Notes: generated from the sequence alone by a model not told the origin. DNA of 64,000 bases from a virus (IMGVR_UViG_2836880742_000002:24509-88508); one strand, 5' to 3'; positions 10,302 to 20,660 are shown, counted from the stretch's first letter. Numbers and translations are program-made.

Positions 10302-13300
10302 CTAACTTAATGATTTTATAATAGAATCTAACTTTTCACTAAACTGTATCAGCATGCTTTTGCTACATTTTTGTATATCAAACAAGTACCCATTTGAAGA
10401 CAATGACAAATTACGTATTTCTGACAACAAATTATTTATTGAAACCACATTTGAATTTAAATTTGACAACAGTGACAAGCTATTTAATATCTGACTTTGT
10501 ATTTCCTGAATGGCCGTGAGCCTTCCGTTGGTCTCATCCACGCTTTCTTGGGATGCCTGTACCTTGACCGCGCTACTGGCCTGCCGGTCGGAAGCCACGC
10601 CTGACGTTTTCCACCCGAAATCGTTCATGAGCTGTTCCCGGTCGGCAAGCATTTGTTCTGTAAGTTCTTTTTGTTCTTGCCGTAGCCTTTCTGCTTCCTC
10701 CGGAGTAAGCTTGCCACCACTTTCTGAATCTGCCGCCCATTGGTTATATAGGCTTTCTATTTCGTCCTTATACTTGTTGGCTATAAGCGAAGAAAATATG
10801 GCATTCTGCAAATATTTCTCGAAATTGTCGGCAAAGTCTTCGTTTGTTGAATCCAAGTCGGACAGCAAATCCACATATCCGCTTTTGAACTCGTCAAGGC
10901 CGATTCCGGTCAATGCCTCTTTTTCCTTTTGGGCGATTTCTTCCAACTGCTCCCCATAATCCGCTATGTTCTGGATGTAGTCGATGAACTCGCCGTTCAC
11001 CTCACCCAATACGGACACAAGCCTTTCATCCGTCAATAGCTTCTCCATCTGTTCGGAAGACAAGTCCCACAATTGGTATTCAGCCGTTATCTTCTCTCCA
11101 ACGAGGCCGGATATGCGTTCGTAATCTTCTGCGGTAAGACGGTCATTTATACGGTATCCAAGAGAATGGGAACCGGCACTACTTCCGCTTGAAGCCAACT
11201 GTTTGATGAGTTGCCGTTGACGCTCTATCTGTACATTGACAAGCCTTGCAGCTTCGTCGGCGGCTTTCTGCGCCTCGATGCCGTAATCAATGTCAATATA
11301 CTCCATTTTCTTGTCTATGAGTTGGTCCCAAATGTCTATCAGGGTATCATATTGGGATTTCAAGGCTTCATATTCCGAGTAGTCGGCACCAAACTTTTCC
11401 TTGAAGAAGCCACCTATCCCTGATATAATTTTCATTCCGGCACTTATGGCGGCCAGTACTGTGGATGCTTTATCCAAAGCCGACATTTCCGCATTTATCG
11501 CCTTTATGGCACCCACCGCTTGTAATGAAGATGACGCGATGCCTCCGGCCAAAGAGATGATTTCACCGAATGTTCCCCCTACAGTATCTCCTATCTCCTC
11601 GAATACATCGTTCACATCGGTAAGAACTTTATACAGCTTGTCCCAATCCTTTGTGGACTTTCCGGGAGATACCTCTTCTTCTATCTTTTTCTTTTCAAGG
11701 GCATTTCTTAGCGTGTCCACTTTCGCCCTCTTGCCCGCCAAATCAGGATTGTCCGGGTCACTGATTTCCATGTTCATCATCTCCTGATATGCCTGATTAA
11801 GCAATTCACGGAGTTTTTCAAGTGACAAGTCAATTACGTTGTCAGCCCATGAATTAAAACTTTCCTCACGGGCGGCAAACTCATTGTCAATGGCTTTTAA
11901 CGTTTCCTCTTCCTGATAATCTATTTCTTTCAACTGGGCACCGGAAGCACCGGCATTCTTATATCTTTCCCTTTCCTTGGCAAACTTTTCCCTCGTGGCA
12001 TTGTACTTCGTGACATAGTCCTGATATTCAGAAAGGGAATCCTTGTAAAAATCCGCTATTTCCTTTTTCTGCCTCTCCCTTGCCTCTTTTCCCATCATGT
12101 CGAACGCGGATGTATCAACACTTACGGAAGAAGAATCAAATGCTTTTGTCTTATAGTTCTTGTCATTGGACGCTTTCAACTTCTCCTTGGCATCAAAGGC
12201 ATCCTTTTCCATTTGTATGATGGCATTGACGTAATCCTGACGTTGGTGGCCAATCTCCTGCAACTCTTTTTTATGGTTGAGTTCCATTTGGGCTTTCTCT
12301 TTCTCAAAACCTTCATCCATGGCATCTATCCGAGATTGGGCCACTTTATTCTCCAAATCTTCCTGTTGGCGGATGCGGTCTGTGGTATTCTTCCTTTCGA
12401 GTTCGGAAATGTGGTTTTGCTGTTGAGAAATAGTATTTTCTTGTTTGGTTGTTTGTGGCTTACTGCCCGTTACGCCAACAAGGTCTTTGTAAGCCTTTTC
12501 TGTGGCTTCCATTTTCTCACGGGCTTCCTTCACTTGCTTAGAAGTTGCCTTTTGGTCTTTTAAAATAGCTTCATAGCCTTTCTTGGCTTTTTCCCAATCG
12601 GCCTTGGCGGCTACAAAATCTTGTTGATAAGTGGTCTGCCCTTGATTACGGGAATTTAACACCCTTTCCATCGCTTGCTTTTCGGACTGCAACTGATTGC
12701 TTGACTTGATTCCGGGTAATATGCCGCCAACGACCTTACCTGCCCGAAGGTTCTTTCCCATTTTCTGTGCATTCTCTAATCGTTTGAGCAAGCGTTCCCT
12801 AACTTTGATTTCACCTTCAAGCTGCCCATTTGAATAACCTGATAAATCTGACAGTATTTCATCATATTCCTTTTTGTTGACTTCTTCCTGTTTCAAATCA
12901 CGCTGCTTAACGAGATTGCTTCTTTCATTGGCTAGTGATTGTACAGATAGCCCTGCACCAGATTTTGAGGCAAACTTTATAGCTTCGTTAAGTTTGTCAA
13001 TTTCAGCATTAAGCCGTTGAAGTTCCTCTTCATCCGCAACCTGCTTTCGATGCTTGTCTTCTTCATTAATTAACTTTTTGATATTTAAAATATCGCGAAG
13101 CATATCTGCTTCCGTCTTATACTGTTTGAATATATCAGGATATTGCTGTTCTAATCGGATTAAGGCTTTCCTCCTGTCATCTGTGGAAGATTGTTCGTCT
13201 TGCGCAACGGATAAAAGAGCCTCTATTTCAGCCTTATGTTCTGCTGTTTTCTTCGCAGATTCTTCAACTGACCTGTTGTAAGCATCAATTCCTTTTTGGC

Positions 13301-14390
13301 ATTTGTCCGTATTATTTGCTGAATTTAACAAAGCAATGCCTAATGCTGTCACAGAAGTAGCTACAAGCACATAAGGATTGGCAAGCATTGTTGCATTTAA
13401 AATTCTTTGTGCCTTTGCAGTTAATACTAACCAACCATAATGAGCACGTTCTGCGACAGTGAGAGCTGCAATACCAGAAGCCTGTAAACTTTGCAAAGCG
13501 GTAACAGTCATTACGGCTACTTTGTATGTACCATAAGTAGCCACAAGACTAAGCAATACTTTTCCCACCTGCTCGTAATTTTCGACCAAAGATGAGGCGG
13601 TACCAAGAACATCATTAATTACACCTTCGTTGGCTTGTCCGATTTCGTTGAACATCATTGAAATGCTGTCACCGATATTGGATATTTGCCCCGAAATAGT
13701 TTTGCTTTGGGCTTCCATCAAGCCACCGAATTTTCCTCCTTCATCAGTAAGGCTTTCGATAACTTTCTGCACTTCGGGGAAACCAACCCTACCTGCTTCA
13801 ACCAACCCTCTGACCTCGCTTTCAGCTACACCAAACTGTTTTGCCAATTCAGCAATCATAGGAATACCACGCCCTGTGAACTGATTAAAATCCTGTGTAT
13901 ACAAACGCCCTTGAGACATTGTAGTCCCATAGAGATACACCAAATCATTCAATGGAATAGAAAGCCCCGCAGCAATATCGCCAAGCCGAATAAGAGTTTT
14001 ATTAATGTCTTCGGCGGAAACGCCGTATGCGAGCAATTGCTTGGCTCCGTTTGCCACACTTTGTAAATCAAAAGGAGTAGTCGCGGCTGTTTCCACCATT
14101 TGAGCCATTAGGGCATCAGATTTCTCTTTGCTCCCAAGCATGGTATTAAAAGCCACTTCTAACTGTTGGAACTCACCACGTACTTTTACAATATTGCTTA
14201 CCAATTCTTTGGCGGTAAAGCCTGCGCCAAATGCAGTTGCCGCTTTAGTCATGCGACTGAACATGTCCTCTATGCTCATGCCACTCCGCTCAATCTGCTT
14301 AGACGTGTCCTTTACCCCTTGCTCTGTTTCTCTCAACTTGCGCATGAAATTGGAATTGTCTCCAGTTATATCAAAATGCAATCCTGCCAT
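10302..14390 (-). CDS. Tape measure protein
   Basis: 1362 aa, TTPFDL..GAKQLLAYG..QFTGRGIP tape-measure domain, long coiled coil. Confidence 0.95.
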   Translation of the reverse strand: MAGLHFDITGDNSNFMRKLRETEQGVKDTSKQIERSGMSIEDMFSRMTKAATAFGAGFTAKELVSNIVKVRGEFQQLEVAFNTMLGSKEKSDALMAQMVETAATTPFDLQSVANGAKQLLAYGVSAEDINKTLIRLGDIAAGLSIPLNDLVYLYGTTMSQGRLYTQDFNQFTGRGIPMIAELAKQFGVAESEVRGLVEAGRVGFPEVQKVIESLTDEGGKFGGLMEAQSKTISGQISNIGDSISMMFNEIGQANEGVINDVLGTASSLVENYEQVGKVLLSLVATYGTYKVAVMTVTALQSLQASGIAALTVAERAHYGWLVLTAKAQRILNATMLANPYVLVATSVTALGIALLNSANNTDKCQKGIDAYNRSVEESAKKTAEHKAEIEALLSVAQDEQSSTDDRRKALIRLEQQYPDIFKQYKTEADMLRDILNIKKLINEEDKHRKQVADEEELQRLNAEIDKLNEAIKFASKSGAGLSVQSLANERSNLVKQRDLKQEEVNKKEYDEILSDLSGYSNGQLEGEIKVRERLLKRLENAQKMGKNLRAGKVVGGILPGIKSSNQLQSEKQAMERVLNSRNQGQTTYQQDFVAAKADWEKAKKGYEAILKDQKATSKQVKEAREKMEATEKAYKDLVGVTGSKPQTTKQENTISQQQNHISELERKNTTDRIRQQEDLENKVAQSRIDAMDEGFEKEKAQMELNHKKELQEIGHQRQDYVNAIIQMEKDAFDAKEKLKASNDKNYKTKAFDSSSVSVDTSAFDMMGKEARERQKKEIADFYKDSLSEYQDYVTKYNATREKFAKERERYKNAGASGAQLKEIDYQEEETLKAIDNEFAAREESFNSWADNVIDLSLEKLRELLNQAYQEMMNMEISDPDNPDLAGKRAKVDTLRNALEKKKIEEEVSPGKSTKDWDKLYKVLTDVNDVFEEIGDTVGGTFGEIISLAGGIASSSLQAVGAIKAINAEMSALDKASTVLAAISAGMKIISGIGGFFKEKFGADYSEYEALKSQYDTLIDIWDQLIDKKMEYIDIDYGIEAQKAADEAARLVNVQIERQRQLIKQLASSGSSAGSHSLGYRINDRLTAEDYERISGLVGEKITAEYQLWDLSSEQMEKLLTDERLVSVLGEVNGEFIDYIQNIADYGEQLEEIAQKEKEALTGIGLDEFKSGYVDLLSDLDSTNEDFADNFEKYLQNAIFSSLIANKYKDEIESLYNQWAADSESGGKLTPEEAERLRQEQKELTEQMLADREQLMNDFGWKTSGVASDRQASSAVKVQASQESVDETNGRLTAIQEIQSQILNSLSLLSNLNSNVVSINNLLSEIRNLSLSSNGYLFDIQKCSKSMLIQFSEKLDSIIKSLS

Positions 14391-14412
14391 TGGCCTTTTC
14401 GATTTATTATGT

Positions 14413-14432
14413 ATTGTGTATCATCACACAAT
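14413..14432 (-). promoter_or_regulatory. T-GATG-NN-R leader hairpin variant before the tape measure gene
   Basis: ATTGTG-TGATGATA-CACAAT. Confidence 0.4.
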
Positions 14433-14451
14433 TCTGTTCTATATTTTAATA

Positions 14452-15165
14452 TCAATCACTAAAAATCGCCCTTATTTTATCGGTATTTCGTGGGTCATCC
14501 CCATTAATAATTTCATTATTATCAAACATCCTAAGTTCTTTACGTTCATCCTCACTTAAATAGACGGTATTTATGGAATCAGCCATAAGCATCTGTAAAT
14601 TCATATAACTGACTTCCCATACAACATAATTGACCGACCATCCGTAACGCTGACACGCAAAGTCTATCAATGAGCCATAGATACTTTTGCCTCCAAATGA
14701 AATACTTCCGTTTCCTTTTTTATTTTTTAGTTCTGAAACACGTTTGCGCACGGCACGTTCCTTGTCTAAACCTAAATATTTGATATACCCCTCAATGTCA
14801 TTCCATGTAAAGGTAAGGACTAATAACTGTGCCAATTCATCCTTATTCAGCCGCTTAAAAAAGAAATTTTGTCTTTCTAATACTTTGTCTTCATTCTGAA
14901 TATCTTCTTTACGTTTTAGGCTATGATACGCTAATATGCGGCAAACTATAGCTTTCTTGTTCTCGCATAATCGCAGGGCTTCCATGTAGGGGTTGGTAGC
15001 CAGAATATCTTTCTTTATTTCTAATCCTTCTACTAATCGTGAGATTAGATAATTCTTGCCTAACGTGGGTTGATACAACAAAAAACGCCGACCGTCAATA
15101 GTGAAACTGATAGGTTTCTCCATAATCGTGTCTGCGATATTCATTTCAATGTCTTTATTTTCCAT
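14452..15165 (-). CDS. Tail assembly chaperone
   Basis: Position between tail tube and TMP; C-terminal YGWSVNYVVW..Y..L motif. Confidence 0.65.
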   Translation of the reverse strand: MENKDIEMNIADTIMEKPISFTIDGRRFLLYQPTLGKNYLISRLVEGLEIKKDILATNPYMEALRLCENKKAIVCRILAYHSLKRKEDIQNEDKVLERQNFFFKRLNKDELAQLLVLTFTWNDIEGYIKYLGLDKERAVRKRVSELKNKKGNGSISFGGKSIYGSLIDFACQRYGWSVNYVVWEVSYMNLQMLMADSINTVYLSEDERKELRMFDNNEIINGDDPRNTDKIRAIFSD

Positions 15166-15183
15166 AAAGCTAATATGAATTAG

Positions 15184-15253
15184 AGCGCATCTAAGGAATC
15201 GAACCTTAACCTTAAACAGGATTGTTCATATGCTACCATGACACCAAATGCGC
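15184..15253 (-). ncRNA. tRNA-Gly(UCC)-like RNA with 6-nt anticodon loop
   Basis: GCGCATT TG GTGT CATGGTA GCAT A TGAAC-AATCCT-GTTTA AGGT TAAGG TTCGATT CCTTA GATGCGC T; G1-C72, C2-G71, G3-C70, U73. Confidence 0.75.
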
Positions 15254-15282
15254 AAAACACGTGGGTACAAAAGCCCCCACGT
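15254..15282 (-). terminator. Intrinsic terminator-like hairpin after the tail tube gene
   Basis: ACGTGGG..CCCACGT followed by GTTTT. Confidence 0.55.
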
Positions 15283-15305
15283 TCGGCTGTTGTCCTATCG
15301 AAAAC

Positions 15306-15794
15306 TTACTTACTTTCTTCAATAGTGACGGTAAGAGTATCATCACTTCCCGTAACTTTAATTACTCCCCATTTTACCTGATTGCCACTTTCCGGCTTCA
15401 AAGCATCATGGGTATAAGTAATCATACCGCCATCTTGTGAAGTGAAACTATCTTCCGCCGATACGGTAGATTTGTCAATCATAATACCGGGAACGGTCTC
15501 ATCTTCCGGTTGTACAGCGACCGCATAGTTATTGGCAATGATTCCGTCATTCTGCTCAAACGGCATAGTCTTGCCCTTCGCCACACGAATTTGATAAGCC
15601 AACGCATAAGTGTTCTTGGTGTAACGAACATCTTCGTTTTCACCGCCTTCCACTTTCGCTTCCTGCTTTTCACCTTTTGTAGCCGTCAACTGTGTTGAGT
15701 TCTCGACAGGAACAGGTACTTCCTTCCATTTTGAAGAAGGAGTATCCAAATCTTTGATAAAAATTCGGGGTTTTCCCCATCCGATTACAGCCAT
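15306..15794 (-). CDS. Major tail tube protein
   Basis: IGWGKP..ENSTQL...G.K.EAK.EGG motif; position. Confidence 0.75.
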   Translation of the reverse strand: MAVIGWGKPRIFIKDLDTPSSKWKEVPVPVENSTQLTATKGEKQEAKVEGGENEDVRYTKNTYALAYQIRVAKGKTMPFEQNDGIIANNYAVAVQPEDETVPGIMIDKSTVSAEDSFTSQDGGMITYTHDALKPESGNQVKWGVIKVTGSDDTLTVTIEESK

Positions 15795-15816
15795 AGTTCT
15801 ATATCACTTAATATAG

Positions 15817-16245
15817 TTAAACATCATTATTAATCTCAATATACAGTTTGTTATTGATGAAATGTTCGGTATGCCCATCCTCGAAGGAAACGCCTGTCGG
15901 ATTAGTCTTTTGGCTGCATTCCGAAGGCACTGTGTGAAAATCATCCTTACGTATAGAAAAAAGGAACTTGGATAAGTCGCACAATTCACCGACACGTTCG
16001 GTAGCTTCTTCCCATGCCTTTGTTTCGGCATTCCATTTGTCACGGACATAGATGTTGACATTCACATAAGCCCGTTGAGTTTGACCGCATCCTTCATTGG
16101 AAAGGACTGATATGACTATATCCTCCTTGTCCGATTTATTCGGTCTACCCTTTTTGCTTAATTTCCCAGTTACGGCACGTTCAAGTTCCGCCCCTTTGAT
16201 TTTGTGATACACAAAGTCTTTTATTTCAACATCCGACTTCATCAT
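15817..16245 (-). CDS. Tail terminator/completion protein
   Basis: Position and size; VNVNIYV.D strand. Confidence 0.6.
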   Translation of the reverse strand: MMKSDVEIKDFVYHKIKGAELERAVTGKLSKKGRPNKSDKEDIVISVLSNEGCGQTQRAYVNVNIYVRDKWNAETKAWEEATERVGELCDLSKFLFSIRKDDFHTVPSECSQKTNPTGVSFEDGHTEHFINNKLYIEINNDV

Positions 16246-16712
16246 TTAGCAATCTGTCTTTTTAGTTTTTCAAGCATCTTCGACACCTGGTCTCTTGCCC
16301 ACAAGTCCGTTGATGCAAGTACATCCTTGTTGTCCATCGCTTCCACAAGTTCAGCATAATTCATTCCAGCTACCACAACAAGCACATAATCATTGGAATA
16401 CCTTTTTACAAGTTCTTCCGCCAATTCCTTGCCTTCTTTGACACCTTCTGAACCTTGCTTCACTTGATTAAAGTCTGAGTATTGAATTATGCTACCATTT
16501 TTGGCAATAACATAACCGACAGAACTGCGAAGATTGCCCGTTCGGTCGTACCAACTATCTTTTCCTGAACGGTCACGTACTTTGGTGACGCATTGTTCTC
16601 CCAAACGAGCCAACGCACGAACAGTAAGACGTTCTACACGTTCGGCTTCTTTCAGGAGAGCCTTATTCACTTTCTCAAGTCTGGTAGTCATTCTTATACC
16701 CATAATTTGCAC
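16242..16712 (-). CDS. HK97 gp10-like neck protein
   Basis: DRTGNLRSS and GMNYA..VE motifs. Confidence 0.8.
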   Translation of the reverse strand: MQIMGIRMTTRLEKVNKALLKEAERVERLTVRALARLGEQCVTKVRDRSGKDSWYDRTGNLRSSVGYVIAKNGSIIQYSDFNQVKQGSEGVKEGKELAEELVKRYSNDYVLVVVAGMNYAELVEAMDNKDVLASTDLWARDQVSKMLEKLKRQIAK

Positions 16713-17035
16713 TGTTTTTGGTAGTGATGAAAACCTTTTACTTCAAATTCCCGCTCAATTCCTCCGAGCAAGCTAATCCTGACCCTATCGCCAATAGCGA
16801 ACGACTTGCTATTGGAAGGAAGATATATGGTGTATGAATATTTACGTACCACACCGTCTTCAAAAGTCCTCTCTTCAGCTTTGCCGTTAGGGACTGCATC
16901 GCATGGAATATTACCTTCCCAATGGCTTTCTCCCTCGTGGTAATTGCCGTTCTCATCGTCATATCCGGGTGTTGCCACGAGATATTGTAACTTATGCGGT
17001 TTAAAATCCACTACAGACATACGCTTATCCTCCAA
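16694..17035 (-). CDS. Head-tail stopper/adaptor
   Basis: DENGN motif; position. Confidence 0.6.
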   Translation of the reverse strand: MEDKRMSVVDFKPHKLQYLVATPGYDDENGNYHEGESHWEGNIPCDAVPNGKAEERTFEDGVVRKYSYTIYLPSNSKSFAIGDRVRISLLGGIEREFEVKGFHHYQKQCKLWV

Positions 17036-17354
17036 TATAGACCGTTGGTTTTGCTTCCAACTCCTTCACTGGCTCACCAATGGATTGGTAAATGGAATTG
17101 GCTTCATTCAGAATAGCAATCAGTTGCTTATCGGATAAACTACCGACCGATTTGTCCGCTTCGGAGAAATTGACAGCTTGAACCAAAGACCAAAGACAAT
17201 CCGCAAAAGCACCGCGATACGATTCTGAGTGCATAACCTCAGATGTACACTCTTCTTCACCATCAAGAGAACGGTAAATCAAAGCATTTTCAATAAATCC
17301 GACAGAAATATCGTAATGTATTGCATCTTTCAGTGCTTGTTGGATTGTCTTCAT
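17025..17354 (-). CDS. Head-tail connector
   Basis: Follows the capsid gene; N.SEAD.S motif. Confidence 0.6.
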   Translation of the reverse strand: MKTIQQALKDAIHYDISVGFIENALIYRSLDGEEECTSEVMHSESYRGAFADCLWSLVQAVNFSEADKSVGSLSDKQLIAILNEANSIYQSIGEPVKELEAKPTVYIGG

Positions 17355-17357
17355 AAC

Positions 17358-18725
17358 TTATGCTGATTTATGAGTTTCTACTGCGGCTTTAAGAATCGCT
17401 TCGTCAGAATCATTCAATTTATTCACGGCAGCAATCAACTTATCGTCTGCAATGTTTGTAGCGAGGTTTTTGCCGGTGATTTTATTGAACTCCTTGACAA
17501 ACTCCGGTTTCTTGTAAGCCTGCCCCCAAATGGTGATTTTCACATCGCTTGAATCAGAACCTTCCGCTGTTGTATCCACTACTTGCGCTTCTGAAACATC
17601 AAGGATGTAAATCTGGTCTACATCCTCTGTTGTATCCACTACTTGCGCTTCTGAAACATCAAGGATGTAAATCTGGTCTACATCCTCAATAATGGGAGCG
17701 ACAAAAGCCTGACCGGAAGTAATCTCACGCAACGGATTCACAAGCGAATACTTGGAAATCAGTTTGAACGTGTCCACCAACTGATAGATTACATTCTTCA
17801 CCGGATTGGACTGCTCGGCCAGACGACCGTAGACCAACGTACCGACAACCTCGTTGCAAATGAATACAAGGCGGTTGGCATTCCAAGGTTTCACGGAACG
17901 CTTTTTGCCATCCTGCTCAAAAATAACAGATCGGTCTATCACTTTAAAGGCGATACCGTTATTGTCATCGGCAAAAGCCTCGTTAAATTTAGAGGCCGTC
18001 GGAGTGGGCAAAATCGTTTCAGCCGTAAATGACTGTCCATTGTAGTTTGCAACTAATTCTTTTGCACCCTGAGTCTGACGGAGTTTATCAAACATTGACT
18101 TGGCAATGCAGATTTCGATAATCGTGTTGCCGTCCGCATCCGCCTTTGCAATCACACGCTTGATGTCTTCAAGAGAAATTTCATTTTTGACTGTCGCTCC
18201 AAACGTGTTCTTAGGGAAATAATTGAAGTTCAAACGCAGTAATGCGTCCGGAGTGTCTTCGTCTTTGATTGCAACATACCCGTTGGACAAAGCAAACAAG
18301 AAGTTATACTCATTGCGCTCGTCAATTCCGACAGAACATGCGACAGGATCGTCCGACAGCTTCTTGGCTATGTTCTGGGCGTTACCTCCCTGAGCTTCCA
18401 TGACATTGATGTTATTGATGTCGGATTCCTTTAAGATTTTTGACATTCCGATTTTGGGAAGCTTCCCGTTGGCGGAAGCGATACTGTCACGAGACTTGAT
18501 TGGAAGTTCCGAATCCACCGCAACAAAATCCGCTGCGACATAAGTCGTGTTCACAGACGTACTTTCCCATTTGTTGTCCGGTGAAAACTCTGTACGAAGC
18601 ATAGCATTCTCACCTTTATGCAGATAAGTGAGCTTCCCGTTTCTCTTACCGTTCACCTTTTCAATAAGCCGCTGCAACTTCGGGAAGAACTTGGCGACAT
18701 ATTTTGCAAATAATGATTCATTCAT
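17358..18725 (-). CDS. Major capsid protein
   Basis: AADFVAVDSELP.K.R..GKLPKIG capsid-E-like motif; position after scaffold/decoration. Confidence 0.85.
   Translation of the reverse strand: MNESLFAKYVAKFFPKLQRLIEKVNGKRNGKLTYLHKGENAMLRTEFSPDNKWESTSVNTTYVAADFVAVDSELPIKSRDSIASANGKLPKIGMSKILKESDINNINVMEAQGGNAQNIAKKLSDDPVACSVGIDERNEYNFLFALSNGYVAIKDEDTPDALLRLNFNYFPKNTFGATVKNEISLEDIKRVIAKADADGNTIIEICIAKSMFDKLRQTQGAKELVANYNGQSFTAETILPTPTASKFNEAFADDNNGIAFKVIDRSVIFEQDGKKRSVKPWNANRLVFICNEVVGTLVYGRLAEQSNPVKNVIYQLVDTFKLISKYSLVNPLREITSGQAFVAPIIEDVDQIYILDVSEAQVVDTTEDVDQIYILDVSEAQVVDTTAEGSDSSDVKITIWGQAYKKPEFVKEFNKITGKNLATNIADDKLIAAVNKLNDSDEAILKAAVETHKSA
17567..17686. repeat. Perfect 60-bp tandem duplication inside the capsid gene
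   Basis: 17567-17626 identical to 17627-17686; encodes EDVDQIYILDVSEAQVVDTT twice. Confidence 0.95.
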
Positions 18726-18740
18726 AAGTTACCTCCTTTT

Positions 18741-19136
18741 TTAATCATGTTCAAAAACAAGGGTTGGAACAGCCGCTTTCAAGGCAGCTTTGATGGTATC
18801 AAGCGGATAAGGGCTTGCCATATCATTCACAACTCCGGTGTGCATAATCGACACGAAGGGTTCTTTCACAGATTTAGTAGCACCACATACACCTACGTAT
18901 TCATGACTACCCGGCAAACTTTCATAAGTATCCCCGACAGAATTTACGGGCATAGGCTTATATGTGTCATTTTCCGTATCGTGAATAATTACGTGTCCGG
19001 CACGTATATATTCTCCTTTAAAATCACTTACATCCAATACTTTGCCGCCTTGAATCCCAGCAATGTATTTGCGAATGACTATCGGGTCATTACCAAACCC
19101 AAACGATTCAATTGTTCCTACATCTACTACGCTCAT
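18741..19136 (-). CDS. Head decoration protein
   Basis: GG..LD..I.AG pattern; between scaffold and capsid. Confidence 0.6.
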   Translation of the reverse strand: MSVVDVGTIESFGFGNDPIVIRKYIAGIQGGKVLDVSDFKGEYIRAGHVIIHDTENDTYKPMPVNSVGDTYESLPGSHEYVGVCGATKSVKEPFVSIMHTGVVNDMASPYPLDTIKAALKAAVPTLVFEHD

Positions 19137-19155
19137 GTTAAATTCATTTTTAGTT

Positions 19156-19875
19156 TTACAAATCAGCCAAAGCGTCTATTTCAGCATCGCTAAATGGCTC
19201 ATCTTGTTTTCCTGAACCCTTACCACCGGCAGCAGGAGGGTTTGCCAATGTAGCCAAACCCGCATCCGCACGTTCTTGGTTGTAATTCTTCAGGTCTTCC
19301 TCCACTTCGGAATAGAACTCCTCAAACTCCTCATCGGTTTCAAACTTCATGCGGTCGAAACTCTTAAGGATACGACTGCCGAAAGAACCCGAATTTTTGA
19401 GCAACTCATTGAGTTTGGATTTTCTTGACGTAGCGACCTTCTCGCCTTTCAATACAGAAATCTCGTTGGTGAGGCTGTCCACTTTGTCGAGCAACCCTTT
19501 TGCCCATGCCGGAGCATCATCATTCTTTTCGTTGTTTTGGGAATTGTTTTTGTTTGAACCCGGTTGACGATTATTTTTTTGTGGTTCGTTATTATCATCT
19601 TCGTCATCGGTTTCATCGTCATCATTCTTTCTGCGTGCGTCTTCAGCAAGACGATTGGCATAGGACTGGCTGACTTGCAGGAATGGGAGAACCGCATCAA
19701 TTCGTTCTTCGACTTCTGCGTTTACATCCTCATCTAAGGCATCTTCTGCGGAGGTCAGGTTATCGGCAATTTTAGCGGCGATACCCATCAGCTCCTTTTT
19801 ATTGAACCCGAACGCCTTCACTTTCGGTTTCAACATCAATAGAACTTTTTGTTTTCTGTCCATTGTACAATACAT
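19156..19875 (-). CDS. Capsid scaffolding protein
   Basis: Acidic coiled coil, PAWAK motif, position. Confidence 0.7.
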   Translation of the reverse strand: MYCTMDRKQKVLLMLKPKVKAFGFNKKELMGIAAKIADNLTSAEDALDEDVNAEVEERIDAVLPFLQVSQSYANRLAEDARRKNDDDETDDEDDNNEPQKNNRQPGSNKNNSQNNEKNDDAPAWAKGLLDKVDSLTNEISVLKGEKVATSRKSKLNELLKNSGSFGSRILKSFDRMKFETDEEFEEFYSEVEEDLKNYNQERADAGLATLANPPAAGGKGSGKQDEPFSDAEIDALADL

Positions 19876-20009
19876 TTAGTTAAAAACACGAATAGCCTGC
19901 GCAGCAACGTATGCCAACAGACTATCCGTGTAGAACTAACCTCAAACAATGGAAGGTTTAAATGTGATTTTGCTTGCATTTGCAATATATCACAACGACA
20001 AGTTCTGTG

Positions 20010-20046
20010 GCGTACATCTTCATACGCATTTCTTATGACAAAGATA
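20010..20046 (-). promoter_or_regulatory. Late promoter -7 box (TATCTTTG, 20039-20046) plus T-GAAG-NN-R hairpin (20010-20027)
   Basis: GCGTA-TGAAGATG-TACGC. Confidence 0.65.
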
Positions 20047-20219
20047 ATAAAAATGATTGAAAAACAAACATATAATATATATTTTTTTACGAAAGAGTAG
20101 TATTTTGTTCTTAATCACCCATTACAGCGATACCTGATAGACTGAAATCTATCAGGTACACTTCAAGAAACGTTGGCCGAAGCCCAAACGCACTATTATT
20201 GTCTTGTCATTGTGGCCGT

Positions 20220-20660
20220 TTATATTAATATCCCTTCGTCTAACATCGAGTAGTATTTATCATCACTGATTATAATGCTATCAAGTAATTTTATACCAAA
20301 GAGGTCAAGTCCTTTCTTTATTTCATCAGAAAGCTTTATATCCTCTTGGCTTGGTTTTATGTTTCCTGATGGGTGATTGTGTACGAAGATTACAGCCGAA
20401 GAAAGCGCATCAATAGCGTATTTGGCTATAATCCTTCTATCTACTAAAGTTTGGCTTATTCCACCTTGTGATATTTTAGCATACCCTGTTATGTTATTGG
20501 CCTGATTCAATAAAATAATAAAAGCACTTTCATAGATTAATACATCTTCGTGATAGAACTTTCTGGAAAAATTAAACGCATCTTCTGAAGAACGTACTTT
20601 GATTATTTCAAAATCTTGTTTCTTTGCTGTTATGCTGTATTCTACGGCTTTCTTTTTCAT
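20220..20660 (-). CDS. RadC-like JAB-domain protein
   Basis: HNHPSG..PS.ED..LLD.III JAB motif. Confidence 0.9.
   Translation of the reverse strand: MKKKAVEYSITAKKQDFEIIKVRSSEDAFNFSRKFYHEDVLIYESAFIILLNQANNITGYAKISQGGISQTLVDRRIIAKYAIDALSSAVIFVHNHPSGNIKPSQEDIKLSDEIKKGLDLFGIKLLDSIIISDDKYYSMLDEGILI

Noticed and set aside
14452-15165. Programmed -1 frameshift in the tail chaperone
   Set aside because: A single ORF already spans the interval up to the tape measure gene; no second frame is needed
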